Below, piece by piece: positions 1 through 10,001 of a stretch of DNA of 64,000 nucleotides. Numbering within the stretch: the stretch's first letter is position 1; each line of letters opens with the position of its first letter. The stretch lies in IMG/VR virus record IMGVR_UViG_3300012942_000037, positions 13,245 to 77,244 of that record. One strand, given 5' to 3'. This stretch comes from a virus. Lineage: Duplodnaviria > Heunggongvirae > Uroviricota > Caudoviricetes. The notes under the pieces were generated by a model, which worked only from the letters and a program-made list of their open reading frames with translations, was not told the origin of the DNA and ran no database searches. The translations under genes and the position numbers were made by a program.

Positions 1-510
1 CTGGATGTGCTTCGTGAAATGTATGAGGAGCGTTTAGGTCAATCAGCTGGTGGTCGATTCGTCGAAACTGAAGTCGGTAAGCGACTTACGATGGGTGATA
101 TTTGCGTCAATGTGGATCCTAAATTCACATCCACCTGGGACGTGGTCAGCTATGCGCTTTTGATGAACCACAATATTCAGGTTCACCTCGAGGGTGTCTT
201 CGAGACCCAGGATCTCTATGATAAGGGTGATCCACAGTTTGTGCCAGTTGAACTACTACAGATTCGTGATGTTATCCATGAGGTCTTCCAGAGTGAAACC
301 CCTATGGATGTAATCAAGCGTAACCAGAAGGTGCTCAACTTCATTGCGGGAAGTAATGCCAGTGACGGTGTTTTGGATTACCAGTGCTTTGAAGTTTCTT
401 CAGTCAAGGAGCATTCAGGAAAGCAGAAAGCGCTGAAGGAAGCAGCGGCCGCTTATTTGGCGGAGAATAAACCAGAGCCTGAGGTGATTAAGGATCTTTT
501 CAGGTTCTAA
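1..510 (+). CDS. hypothetical protein, 5'-truncated at the window edge
   Basis: The reading frame is open from nt 1 and runs to the stop at 510. I see no recognisable motifs. Confidence 0.4.
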   Translation: MDVLREMYEERLGQSAGGRFVETEVGKRLTMGDICVNVDPKFTSTWDVVSYALLMNHNIQVHLEGVFETQDLYDKGDPQFVPVELLQIRDVIHEVFQSETPMDVIKRNQKVLNFIAGSNASDGVLDYQCFEVSSVKEHSGKQKALKEAAAAYLAENKPEPEVIKDLFRF

Positions 511-512
511 TC

Positions 513-1529
513 ATGTCTCAGAACATCGTCTATGACACCCTTCTCACCTTGATGCCAGGTAACCGGAAGCGAACTGCTTCCGGGTGGACGGCAACGAACG
601 GTGTCTGCTGTATTCATAATGGTGAAACCCCAGATACCCGACGCCGTATGAGTATTGCGATGGGTGATGATGGTGTGAGCTGTCTGGTATCCTGCTTCAA
701 CTGTAAGTTCAGAGCTATATGGAAGCCTGGTCAGTTACTTGGTCGGAAGATGACTTCCTTCCTTGGTTGGATGGGAATGTCAGATGAAGAGATCAAGAAA
801 CTTGGATTCAAGATCTGGCAGGAACGTGAACGGCTCAAATTGGATGCCGATTACAAGCCCAGGGAAATCAAGACGCTGGCTTTCAGCAAAGGAAGTTTAC
901 CGGTAGGCTCCAGGAATGTGATGGAACTCCTCAATGAGGGTTTTGAGGATCCTAACTTCATCAATGCGATGGTTTACCTGATGAGTCGCGGTGATGAGAT
1001 CATGGAAGGTTACGATTACTACTGGACACCTCTGAAGGATCATGACCTGAATCGTCGAATTCTGATTCCTTTCAGGTGGAACCATGAAATTGTTGGTTGG
1101 ACCGGTCGAGCCACCTATCCGACCAAATCACGATACCACAGTAGTGTTCCTCATCACTACCTATTCAACACGGAAGTTGTTGAGAATGATTGGGAATACG
1201 TCTTCCTTTGTGAAGGCCCCTTTGATGCCATTGCGATAAATGGTGTTGCTACTCTGGGTGATAAGCTGACTGAAGAACAGATCCAATGGCTCAAGCATAC
1301 TGGTAAGACCATTGTTGTCGTTCCTGATAGACAAAAAGGTGGCGGCACTCTTGTTGATATGGCGATCCGAGAGAATTGGCAGGTCAGCTTTCCCCATTGG
1401 GATAAGGATATCAAAGACGGTGCTGATGCGGTAAAGAGGTATGGTAAGCTCTACACCATTTGGTCCATTATTGACTCCAGAGTGGCTAACAAACTAGAAA
1501 TAAATGTGCGACGACAGCGCCTACGATAA
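513..1529 (+). CDS. DNA primase (T4 gp61-like; zinc-binding plus TOPRIM)
   Basis: There is an N-terminal Cys cluster (CCIHNG...CFNCKF), a downstream acidic TOPRIM-like segment (FLCEGPFDAIAI; VVVPDRQ), and the gene sits immediately upstream of the helicase gene. Confidence 0.65.
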   Translation: MSQNIVYDTLLTLMPGNRKRTASGWTATNGVCCIHNGETPDTRRRMSIAMGDDGVSCLVSCFNCKFRAIWKPGQLLGRKMTSFLGWMGMSDEEIKKLGFKIWQERERLKLDADYKPREIKTLAFSKGSLPVGSRNVMELLNEGFEDPNFINAMVYLMSRGDEIMEGYDYYWTPLKDHDLNRRILIPFRWNHEIVGWTGRATYPTKSRYHSSVPHHYLFNTEVVENDWEYVFLCEGPFDAIAINGVATLGDKLTEEQIQWLKHTGKTIVVVPDRQKGGGTLVDMAIRENWQVSFPHWDKDIKDGADAVKRYGKLYTIWSIIDSRVANKLEINVRRQRLR

Positions 1530-1546
1530 GAGACCAGGAGGTCCAA

Positions 1547-3049
1547 TTGAGCCAAAGAACAGAACAGGTAGAGCTCAAAGATTACAGTGAGGATATTCAG
1601 AAGGTCCTCATTCAGTTCATGCTTACCGACAATAGCGCATTTGTGCGATGTCAGAGTATCATCAAACCAGAATATTGGAATGAACGTCTCCGACCAGCAG
1701 TTCGCTATATCCAGAAGTTTACCAATGAATACCGTGCTCTCCCCACACCGGAACAGGTGGTTGCGGAGACAGGCGTCAATACACCAATAATTCCAAACGT
1801 CCAGCCACAACATACTCAGTGGTTCCTCGATACCATTGCTGATTTTTGTAAGCACAAGGCCATGGAAGCCCTGGTCTATGATGGGCCTAAGTTGCTTGCT
1901 TCTGGTGATTACGCGGAATTAGAGCGCCGTTCCAAGGAGAATATGCTGATCAGTCTACAGACTGAACTAGGCACAGATTACTTCATGGATCCTCTAGAAC
2001 GTCTCGAACGTATGAGGGATAGAACTGACACCACCCCGAGCGGTTGGCGTGATATAGATAGCAAACTCTATGGCGGATTGAACCGTGGTGAGATCACCTT
2101 CTTCTGCGGTGGTCCAGGAACTGGTAAGAGTCTCTTCCTTCAGAATCTAGCACTCAACTGGGTTCAGATGGGTCTGAATGTCATCTACATCACGATGGAA
2201 CTTAGTGAGGAATTGGTTGGCTTGCGCTTTGATGCGATGGTCACCGAAACCCCAACCAAGATGATCTTCAAGGATATCGAGGATGTAGCGATGCGCCTCG
2301 GTATGATGCGCAAATCTGGAGGTAAGGCCCACAAGTGGGGCAAGCTTCAGATCAAGAAGATGCCGATGGCTGGCACGACGGCCAATATGATCCGTGCCTA
2401 TCTCCAGGAGTATGAGATCCAGACAGGTCAGAAACCAGATGCTATTCTGGTAGACTATTTGGATCTTATGATGCCTAACAGTGGCAAGATCAACGTCTCT
2501 GATCAGTTCATCAAGGATAAGTTCACATCAGAAGAGCTACGTGCGCTTGCTGTTGAATGGAACATTCTTTGCGCCACGGCATCACAGCTCAACCGTTCAT
2601 CGATTCAGGAGCAGGATTTCGACGCAAGCCATATCGCCGGTGGTATTTCGAAGATCAATACGGCTGATAACGTGCTGGCTATCTTGACTACAGCGGCCAT
2701 GAAGGATCGTGGTGAATATCAGATCCAGTTCATGAAGACTCGCTCATCCTCTGGTGTGGGCCAGAAGATCTTCTTGAGAATTGAGTCATCAACCTTGCGT
2801 ATTACGGATGCGACACAGGAGATGCTTGAAGGCCGCGGATCAGGAGTATCTGCCATACAGGCTGGTCTACAGGCCAAAGCGGCTACAGTGGTACCGAAGA
2901 GCATAGGCACGTCATACGCACCCGACAAGGGTCTTACAGGTCCTGCGGCTGAAAATCCTATCCTACAACGCTCCACCGTAGAGTCAGCTGGTAAGACAGC
3001 CAAAGCGGGTTCTCAGTTAAGAGAAATGGTCCTCAAACATCGAGACTAA
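1547..3049 (+). CDS. replicative DNA helicase, DnaB/T4 gp41 family
   Basis: Walker A FFCGGPGTGKS and Walker B-like ILVDYLDLM are present. The 500-aa length fits the family. Confidence 0.85.
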   Translation: MSQRTEQVELKDYSEDIQKVLIQFMLTDNSAFVRCQSIIKPEYWNERLRPAVRYIQKFTNEYRALPTPEQVVAETGVNTPIIPNVQPQHTQWFLDTIADFCKHKAMEALVYDGPKLLASGDYAELERRSKENMLISLQTELGTDYFMDPLERLERMRDRTDTTPSGWRDIDSKLYGGLNRGEITFFCGGPGTGKSLFLQNLALNWVQMGLNVIYITMELSEELVGLRFDAMVTETPTKMIFKDIEDVAMRLGMMRKSGGKAHKWGKLQIKKMPMAGTTANMIRAYLQEYEIQTGQKPDAILVDYLDLMMPNSGKINVSDQFIKDKFTSEELRALAVEWNILCATASQLNRSSIQEQDFDASHIAGGISKINTADNVLAILTTAAMKDRGEYQIQFMKTRSSSGVGQKIFLRIESSTLRITDATQEMLEGRGSGVSAIQAGLQAKAATVVPKSIGTSYAPDKGLTGPAAENPILQRSTVESAGKTAKAGSQLREMVLKHRD

Positions 3050-3087
3050 GCGGATCTGCTAAATACCCAGCGTGCCAGTGAGGAGAA

Positions 3088-3369
3088 GTGTGGATGACTC
3101 GCCAACCCGACGACATCAGGAGGTATATCAGACTCACTGAATCCTCGCTCGTCCAGTTGGAAGAGGATCTGGATCATATTGAGGTTCCTGATGATCATCC
3201 AGTTGATTTGATGCTGGAAGACATAAACGATATAGTCTTCAAATTCCGTAGTTATAGTGAAGCAGATTCAAACGCCGACTATGCTAGGGGTATTGAAGAA
3301 GGATTGGCTCTTGCCGCCAATATGCTTGAAAGGCTATTGGAACGCCACTCTGGTCACTCTAGCAAGTAA
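3088..3369 (+). CDS. hypothetical protein
   Basis: 93-aa ORF that packs tightly against its neighbours. Confidence 0.35.
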   Translation: MWMTRQPDDIRRYIRLTESSLVQLEEDLDHIEVPDDHPVDLMLEDINDIVFKFRSYSEADSNADYARGIEEGLALAANMLERLLERHSGHSSK

Positions 3370-3378
3370 GGGGCCCCA

Positions 3379-3648
3379 ATGAAAGACGGTCGCGTAAAAA
3401 GTCTCATTGAAGAGCTCGATCTATTTGTTCCACAACGGGACAAACACCAGATTATTGAAGCTCGTGCGAGCAATGTCATAGCCAGTGCTATGAACTTGGT
3501 CAGATTGATCAATGAGAGTTTCACTGTTGAAGAAGCTGAGGAATTGAATCGTCGCCTTTTCAACGCTATCAAAAATCAGGATCCTGATAAGTTCAACAGG
3601 AAGGTTCGAGAGTTCCGTAAGATTCAGGAGGGTAAGCGTGGCCAATAA
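3379..3648 (+). CDS. hypothetical protein
   Basis: 89-aa ORF; its stop overlaps the next start. Confidence 0.4.
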   Translation: MKDGRVKSLIEELDLFVPQRDKHQIIEARASNVIASAMNLVRLINESFTVEEAEELNRRLFNAIKNQDPDKFNRKVREFRKIQEGKRGQ

Positions 3649-4606
3649 TAGTGACGATATCCGCCGTCTTATGAATCTCATGGAGGGGGTGAAGGCTCCT
3701 ACTCTTCTTGAGGGCTGGGTTGATAGCCTAAAGAATAAGATCCATGGCCATCTTGGCAATCAGCAGCGAAAGATGATGGCTGATGAGCTTAAGAAGGAAT
3801 ACTACACCTGGCTAGGTCAGACTGATCGCCGCGGCACCATTGACGATATGGTTCGTTTCATGGCTTACCGCATTGGTTTCAAGGATTCTGACATTGAAGC
3901 CGTACTGAGTAAGATCGGTTTGAATCCAGATGAGATTGAATCTGCTGAACAGGATGATCAGCCAGAGCAGAAAATCAAACCAGGTTCTGCCGTTCAGGAT
4001 GATTCGGAAGATCAACCAGAGGCCGATGAACCTAAAGAGCCCGAGGCTATCTCTGATGATCCTCGGAAGTATAAGACCTCAAATGGCGAATGGGATCGTA
4101 AGCGAATTCGAGCTCGCTTGGATAAGATACCTCTAGGGACCAAACTGGTCTTAGGATCAAGCTCTTTCGTTCGAACCCTGGGAGATAAACCCAAACAGGC
4201 CGCTGAGAGTATAACTGAAGATAGCATGTCAGGTGATGATCTGATTCCAAAGCAGATGGTCGACCGCATCATGGATGCCAGTGCTACTAGGGTTAATGAT
4301 GAATATCTTCTGAATGGCCCGGCTCGAGATGCGGCGGCCGCCATGTCAGCACCAAGAGGTCGAAAAGGTCGCGGTCACACCGACCAGGCATCGCCCAATA
4401 TCCCCAATAAGGAAGGTTCGGGCCGTTATGATGCCAAGGAGATGACCAACATCTTAAAGACCGACTTCCAGATCAACAATGCCAATTCATTTGTTGATAC
4501 CCTTACCCGCAAGGTCATGAAGGCACCGAGTATATCATCTTTGTCAGATAACGATATGAATGATCTGGCACTTCTAGGATGGGCGCTTATCCGGGCTCGC
4601 AACTAA
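3638..4606 (+). CDS. hypothetical protein with an acidic low-complexity centre
   Basis: 322-aa ORF with a D/E/Q-rich middle segment. Confidence 0.5.
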   Translation: MANNSDDIRRLMNLMEGVKAPTLLEGWVDSLKNKIHGHLGNQQRKMMADELKKEYYTWLGQTDRRGTIDDMVRFMAYRIGFKDSDIEAVLSKIGLNPDEIESAEQDDQPEQKIKPGSAVQDDSEDQPEADEPKEPEAISDDPRKYKTSNGEWDRKRIRARLDKIPLGTKLVLGSSSFVRTLGDKPKQAAESITEDSMSGDDLIPKQMVDRIMDASATRVNDEYLLNGPARDAAAAMSAPRGRKGRGHTDQASPNIPNKEGSGRYDAKEMTNILKTDFQINNANSFVDTLTRKVMKAPSISSLSDNDMNDLALLGWALIRARN

Positions 4607-4644
4607 ATTGAAATTTGATCTCCACATCTGCTAGATGTGGAGAC

Positions 4645-5820
4645 ATGCCCAGCATACCACATTTTGAAGACCTCAGCGCTAAGGAGATCTACGAGTCTCT
4701 AGACTTGCGTTGGTCTGCTAGCGAAAAGCTAGATGGCTCCTACCTAGAAGCCGGTCTAGATGATGAAGGCTTCTTCTATAGCCGCCGCAAGGGCGGTGAG
4801 AAGATCTACAGTATGGATGATTGGCCCGATGAGTGTTGGGCCTCTACCTACCGTATTGCTCATGAGATGGCTGGAATGTTGGTCGAAGCATTGGTCAAAG
4901 AGCAGGCCATTCAACCTGGCAACCATATAGGTTTTGAAATCATCCATGGTCGTCAGCCCAACGTGGTTCATTATTCCTTCGATAGTCGGTATAATGGCAT
5001 GATGGTGATCACCACGGTATCCTGGAAGCCATCTACTGAATTCTATTCAATCGTTGAGCACTTTGAGGCATTCTACGTCGTTCCGGTTCGTCAAAGTTCT
5101 GATGGTATGACTAGCCAGGTTACACTAGAGCATCAGGAATGGTGTATCAGGTTCAATCAACAGATCAGCCAGGAACTCATTCAGGCTAGGCTCACTCCAT
5201 CGGCTCAGAAGATCCGTAAGGTTCTTGATATGTGGTTCCCCCAAGCGAGCAATGTGGAGGATTTCACTATTGCTGAAATCCTAGATATCAATCTGGCTCG
5301 TAAACATGAGAAATGTGGTGATCGTAATTGGAATGAGTTACGCAAAGAACTCAAGAGGGAACGAGAGCAACTCTGGGAGATCTTCAGAGCTCTTGTGCTG
5401 CTATTCAAAGACATCGCGTACAAGGTTCTAGTAGATGAAATGCCTAGCGTGGTGGGTGCGGGCTCCAGAAAGGAAGGCGTAGTCGTATTGACGCCCGGAG
5501 GGCTTTTTAAGCTAGTTGATCGCCCTAACTTTGCTGCGGCTAACCTATTCATCCATCGGGTCAAATACATGCTGGTGGGTGGCCGCCGACCAGTCAGACC
5601 CTGCTTCCTGAGCAGAACCAAGGATTGGCCCAAAGAGAAGAGGTTGGCTAGGCTCACCACATTGTTGTATCGGTATATGAAGCACAGGAGCCGACTGCGA
5701 TTCACTCCTGATAGAAGTGGAAGCCAACAAACTCTCTACGTTGGCTACGTTGGTGACCTTCACCAACGCATGTTGAATCTATTCGCTGATACGAGAAAGA
5801 GAATCGAAGATGGGCGGTAA
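4645..5820 (+). CDS. RNA ligase-like nucleotidyltransferase (Rnl1-like, KxDG motif)
   Basis: Motif I SEKLDGSY resembles the T4 Rnl1 KEDGSL motif. I chose ATG 4645 as the start; the ORF track begins at an alternative start at 4615. Confidence 0.5.
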   Translation: MPSIPHFEDLSAKEIYESLDLRWSASEKLDGSYLEAGLDDEGFFYSRRKGGEKIYSMDDWPDECWASTYRIAHEMAGMLVEALVKEQAIQPGNHIGFEIIHGRQPNVVHYSFDSRYNGMMVITTVSWKPSTEFYSIVEHFEAFYVVPVRQSSDGMTSQVTLEHQEWCIRFNQQISQELIQARLTPSAQKIRKVLDMWFPQASNVEDFTIAEILDINLARKHEKCGDRNWNELRKELKREREQLWEIFRALVLLFKDIAYKVLVDEMPSVVGAGSRKEGVVVLTPGGLFKLVDRPNFAAANLFIHRVKYMLVGGRRPVRPCFLSRTKDWPKEKRLARLTTLLYRYMKHRSRLRFTPDRSGSQQTLYVGYVGDLHQRMLNLFADTRKRIEDGR

Positions 5821-6703
5821 GGCATTCGCAAATATTACTCGTCGGATCAAGCAACCAGAGATTCTTCCAACTCTCGAATGGCTTGAAGATAACTGGCCTT
5901 CCTACAACAATGAAGGCCATCTTCGAGATCACCTCCTAGGTAGCGCTGGTATGTTGAATGAAGATCAGGATGCTGGTGATCTGGATCTGAACCTACCTAT
6001 TGATCTATATGATCAAACAGTAGTGGCAGAGGATCTAAGGAGGATCCTTGGAGATGATTATGTGAAGGCTCGCCCTGGTCATAACCAGATCTTTACCGCT
6101 GTGCCTATTGGTGGAGATCCAGAGAATGGCTACGTTCAGGTAGACTTCATGTTTGGTGATTATGATTGGCAGAAATTCAGCTACTATTCAGCCAAACGTG
6201 TAGATAATATCCAATGGGGAGGCAACAAAGATACCAGCTACTTCAAGGGGCTTTACCGAACAGAATTCATCAAAGCCCTGGTCGCCTTCAATTCCGATTG
6301 GGTCTTGGAAGAAAATGGAGAGATGATTGCTCGTGTAGGACCTACCTTCTTCCATGACAAGGGTATCGTGTGGCGATACCGCCATCGGCCTATGAGGAAG
6401 GATGGCAAGGGTAGAGTTAAGGCTCTGATAGAGCTCAAAGAGGATGAATTCCTAAAGTTCTATCCAACCGCTGTCACGGCCAAAGCTAAGGTAATGACGG
6501 ATCCAGAGCTAGTAACCAAGTTGTTATTTGATAAACATGCCTCGTCTAGTGACCTGGCTTCTTTGGAGAGAATAGCTCGCCTACTACGTCGGCATTATGA
6601 CCGGGATCAAATCAACAAGATCATCCAGATTTACCATGAACGGTTAAATAGCTTGAAGGTTGAGATACCTCTTGATAAGTTCCGTCAGATTTGGTTGAGG
6701 TGA
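5810..6703 (+). CDS. hypothetical protein
   Basis: 297-aa ORF that overlaps the end of the ligase-like gene. Confidence 0.45.
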   Translation: MGGKAFANITRRIKQPEILPTLEWLEDNWPSYNNEGHLRDHLLGSAGMLNEDQDAGDLDLNLPIDLYDQTVVAEDLRRILGDDYVKARPGHNQIFTAVPIGGDPENGYVQVDFMFGDYDWQKFSYYSAKRVDNIQWGGNKDTSYFKGLYRTEFIKALVAFNSDWVLEENGEMIARVGPTFFHDKGIVWRYRHRPMRKDGKGRVKALIELKEDEFLKFYPTAVTAKAKVMTDPELVTKLLFDKHASSSDLASLERIARLLRRHYDRDQINKIIQIYHERLNSLKVEIPLDKFRQIWLR

Positions 6704-6707
6704 TGAT

Positions 6708-6893
6708 ATGCGTTGGAGCGAGATCGTTAATGAGACAGCTAGTGCTGGAGCGAGTTCTGCCGGTGGTGTAGCGACTTGCGTAGGTGGTCTTGGTGCTGGC
6801 TTTGACCCTAATGGTCACAAGGGTATCTATGATACCGCAGAGCGCAAGAAGAAGCGCAAAAAGTCAAAGAGTTCTCCTATTATCCGTCGCTAA
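6708..6893 (+). CDS. small basic protein with an MRWSEIV N-terminus (candidate head internal protein)
   Basis: The N-terminus MRWSEIVNE is shared with the ORF at 14709, and the C-terminus is a lysine-rich tail. Confidence 0.4.
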   Translation: MRWSEIVNETASAGASSAGGVATCVGGLGAGFDPNGHKGIYDTAERKKKRKKSKSSPIIRR

Positions 6894-6948
6894 TCACGCC
6901 CTCGGACTAAATAAAGGTAACAGAAACTCTCTTTTAGGAGAATTCACA

Positions 6949-7338
6949 ATGACTAATAAAGTTCATGGCTTCGTAGGCACTCCTGACCAGTCGCTGGTTG
7001 GCGGCCTTCCAATGCTCACCGTCACTGTTGACGTTGACATTGCTACCAAATCAGCAACCACTGATTCCGATTCAATGGCTGACGATCAGGACGTTATCAC
7101 TCACAACGTCGCTCTTGATAAGCTAATCGAAGGTCTTTCGACCCGCGCTCAGCCAATCATCATGGGCACTCCAGCAGTTGATGGTGACAACTGGACTCTC
7201 AACTTCGCTGTTGAGCATGACGATGTATTCAAGGCTAACGACGGCACGTTCACCGCTTTCAACACTGAGCTTTCGGCTCTGATGACTGCGGCGCTTGGTC
7301 ATAGCGTCACTGCTTCGGTTGCTGCTTTCGTATTCTAA
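6949..7338 (+). CDS. hypothetical protein, probably abundant or structural
   Basis: A strong AGGAG ribosome-binding site sits 8 nt upstream and a CTAAATA motif lies at 6907. A strong intrinsic terminator follows. The ORF track extends further upstream to 6784. Confidence 0.55.
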   Translation: MTNKVHGFVGTPDQSLVGGLPMLTVTVDVDIATKSATTDSDSMADDQDVITHNVALDKLIEGLSTRAQPIIMGTPAVDGDNWTLNFAVEHDDVFKANDGTFTAFNTELSALMTAALGHSVTASVAAFVF

Positions 7339-7361
7339 TCCTAGATTAGAACCAAAGACAG

Positions 7362-7397
7362 AAAAGCCCGCTAGCCGTGAAGACTAGCGGGCTTTTT
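7362..7397. terminator. bidirectional rho-independent terminator
   Basis: AAAAGCCCGCTAG-loop-CTAGCGGGCTTTTT lies between convergent genes. Confidence 0.7.
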
Positions 7398-7407
7398 GTT
7401 GACTGAA

Positions 7408-7725
7408 TTAGGCGGCGACAACCTCGAGCTTCGGAGCCTTCCGAGCCGTCTTGGTCTTCGGTTCGGTCGCCACCAGAGCCGCATCGAAACGGGCGATCTG
7501 GGCATTGCTGGGGATCTTGATGCCGCTGCCAAACCGTTCGGCAAACCGATCGCGATCCGCAGGCATTTCGAAATCGGCGACGACGTTCGAGGCATCCTTG
7601 TTATCGTAGGCGAAGACCGAAACCTTCAGACCCTTGAGATAGGTGTAGATGCGCTGGCGCTCGTTCTCGTCGGAGAAACGGGCGATACCCCGATGACGAT
7701 GAGTAGTGTGGTTACCATTGAGCAT
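7408..7725 (-). CDS. hypothetical protein
   Basis: 105-aa ORF with a basic KTKTARKAPK tail. Confidence 0.45.
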   Translation of the reverse strand: MLNGNHTTHRHRGIARFSDENERQRIYTYLKGLKVSVFAYDNKDASNVVADFEMPADRDRFAERFGSGIKIPSNAQIARFDAALVATEPKTKTARKAPKLEVVAA

Positions 7726-7779
7726 TAGTCGATCTCCTTTCTGTCTCCTGGTATTAGCAGGATTCTGGAAGGGGTCAAC

Positions 7780-9444
7780 CTATTCTTGGCTTGGCATCAG
7801 GTGTGTGATATCTCGAGCAACACTTTGGATTTCAATGAGTTTGCCTTCTTCATCAAAGATGCCACGATCGATCCAATCTTGCCAACGGATTTCTTCATGA
7901 CGTTGAATGCGATGAATGCCCCGCCTCACTTCATGCTCAGGCCGGATTTCTAGCATGTAGTCTTTGAACTTCTGGTGGTCACTCTCGGGGATTACCTCAA
8001 AGAGCGAGAAGCCGTTGATATCCTCGAGCTCTACATCAAAGTAATCTCGGAAGGTCTGGTTGCTGAATGTGATCTCGAACTTGCTATTGAAACACACCAC
8101 CATATCGATGGTATTATCAATGATCGTCTTGTAGCGCTCTCTAGCCGTTTTGAGTTGGGTCTCGATATCTTTGAATTCCGTCACATCACGGACGATTGCG
8201 ATTCTAGCTTCCGCATTATCCCACTCAATTGCCCGACTATTCACAGCTACTTCTTTGACATCTCCTTCCTTAGTCAGGAATAGCGTCTCATAAGACTTAT
8301 CGTCAGTCAGGTTAGCCTCGGAGATGATCTTCTCACGTTCCAAAGGATGAAGTAGGTCAAATGGATTAAGCTTCTCGAGTTCAGCATCGTTGTAACCAGT
8401 CAGGTTATAGGCTCGCTCGTTCCAATCCATGAGCTTTTTGTAATTATGGATGAACATGGATTCAGATGAAGCATCACTGAATGCTCTGAAATGAGATTCA
8501 CTCCGACTGAGGTCAGTGTAGGCCTTCTTGAGTTCGGTGGTATCGTAGAAGACTAGGATCCATTGAACTGCCTGATAGCCTTTGAAAACTGGAGTGATAT
8601 GAACATCGAACCATAGCTTCTCAGTATTCTCGAACTCTAGTTGGACTTCATGGCGAGCGGTAATCTCCTCACCTAGCGTTCGCCTAACTAGCCAATAAGA
8701 ATGATCAATACCCAGGATTTCACGTAGGTTCTTCCCCCTCAGTTCACCACGTTTCGTATTGGTAAGCCGGGCGAATCCTTCGTTTACAAAGGTGATCTCA
8801 TAATCCGGGCCGTTCTTCTCAAGGATCACAAAACCAGTGTTGGAGGAATCGATGGTAGTCAGGAGTTCTTGGTTCTTCTCGGCAAGCTCTTTCATGATCT
8901 TAGAGCTGCGAACTCGGTGGGTGACATTCCTGATTAGAATGATGTAGTAGGTCTTGCTATTGCTGCGAGTGAATTTGCTCGCACCAACATCGACATAAAT
9001 CTTGGTTCCATCCTGGCAGATACCCATGAACTCTTCATAATGGACGGTCGCAAAATCATCTTCTTCGTTGACCTGTCCCATCATGTTTTCCATGAAGTCA
9101 GAATTGACAACTATGCCTTCAGCGAACTGGAATAGGAGTGATAGACTCTTACCAATGACTTGGCGTTTTCGCCAACCAAACATGGATTCAGCAGCTGGAT
9201 TGAAGCTCTCGATGTTACCATCAGCATCTACCAGGAGTAGGGCGTCACTAAGAAGTCTAGATGTTTGGTCGATCTGGTTTGCGTAATCATCAATTCGGGC
9301 TTGTAATGCTGTGGTAACGTCTTGGGCTAGATCCATTGTGCCTTTGGCGGCCTTCTCTAGAGCTTCGCTACTATCGAGGGCCGCCTTTAGACTTGCGGAT
9401 CGTGCCTTCTTTCGATCTATCTTGGATTGCCAGAACCACTTCAT
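7780..9444 (-). CDS. multi-PAS domain sensor protein with no output domain
   Basis: An approximately 120-aa coiled-coil N-terminus is followed by about five PAS-like repeats (for example LLVDADGNIESFNPAAESMFGWRKRQVIGKSL; VILEKNGPDYEITFVNEGFARLTN). I see no kinase or DNA-binding domain. Confidence 0.7.
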   Translation of the reverse strand: MKWFWQSKIDRKKARSASLKAALDSSEALEKAAKGTMDLAQDVTTALQARIDDYANQIDQTSRLLSDALLLVDADGNIESFNPAAESMFGWRKRQVIGKSLSLLFQFAEGIVVNSDFMENMMGQVNEEDDFATVHYEEFMGICQDGTKIYVDVGASKFTRSNSKTYYIILIRNVTHRVRSSKIMKELAEKNQELLTTIDSSNTGFVILEKNGPDYEITFVNEGFARLTNTKRGELRGKNLREILGIDHSYWLVRRTLGEEITARHEVQLEFENTEKLWFDVHITPVFKGYQAVQWILVFYDTTELKKAYTDLSRSESHFRAFSDASSESMFIHNYKKLMDWNERAYNLTGYNDAELEKLNPFDLLHPLEREKIISEANLTDDKSYETLFLTKEGDVKEVAVNSRAIEWDNAEARIAIVRDVTEFKDIETQLKTARERYKTIIDNTIDMVVCFNSKFEITFSNQTFRDYFDVELEDINGFSLFEVIPESDHQKFKDYMLEIRPEHEVRRGIHRIQRHEEIRWQDWIDRGIFDEEGKLIEIQSVARDITHLMPSQE

Positions 9445-9445
9445 G

Positions 9446-9691
9446 TTAGAGCTTCGATTTGATCTCGATGAGAACCATTTTGAGACCGTTTAGAGCCTCA
9501 GTGATTGTGATGTTATTCTTGGAGTAATCGTCAATGATCTTGTAAATCTTCTCATCCTTCTTCTCGAGTTGCTTCATCTGCCTGAAACAATACCACCCGA
9601 GCGCCATGATGATGCCAAGGAGAATAGCCGTCAAAGCGCCGGCTTCCCCACTAGCAATGAGAGAGACAATGCTTTGAATCAAATCACCCAT
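9446..9691 (-). CDS. small membrane protein
   Basis: An 81-aa hydrophobic N-terminus is followed by a charged tail. Confidence 0.45.
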   Translation of the reverse strand: MGDLIQSIVSLIASGEAGALTAILLGIIMALGWYCFRQMKQLEKKDEKIYKIIDDYSKNNITITEALNGLKMVLIEIKSKL

Positions 9692-9863
9692 GCGCTGTCT
9701 CCTTAATGCGACCTATACCATATTTACCCAAAACGCTTCCAAGCCAGGTTGTAAACTGCTTATATTTCTGCGACCGTTGACCTGATATGGTAAATATCAA
9801 GGATATCCAATATGCGAGTAGCCAATGACTCTTTCTGAGCTCTTTGGGGACAATCCCCTACAA

Positions 9864-10001
9864 ATGTCTCTTGAGGAACGCCAATTCCTAGAGGCAGCAA
9901 GACATCTATGGTCTGACCAATTTGAAGCAATCATCCGTGAGAATAGAGGCCCAAAAGCCAAGACTCGGATTGTAGTCAAGAAGGGTAAGCAAAATGGATA
10001 A
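9864..10001 (+). CDS. possible 45-aa small ORF
   Basis: ATG at 9864 gives MSLEERQFLEAARHLW... It was not in the ORF track because it is under 60 aa. Confidence 0.2.
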   Translation: MSLEERQFLEAARHLWSDQFEAIIRENRGPKAKTRIVVKKGKQNG

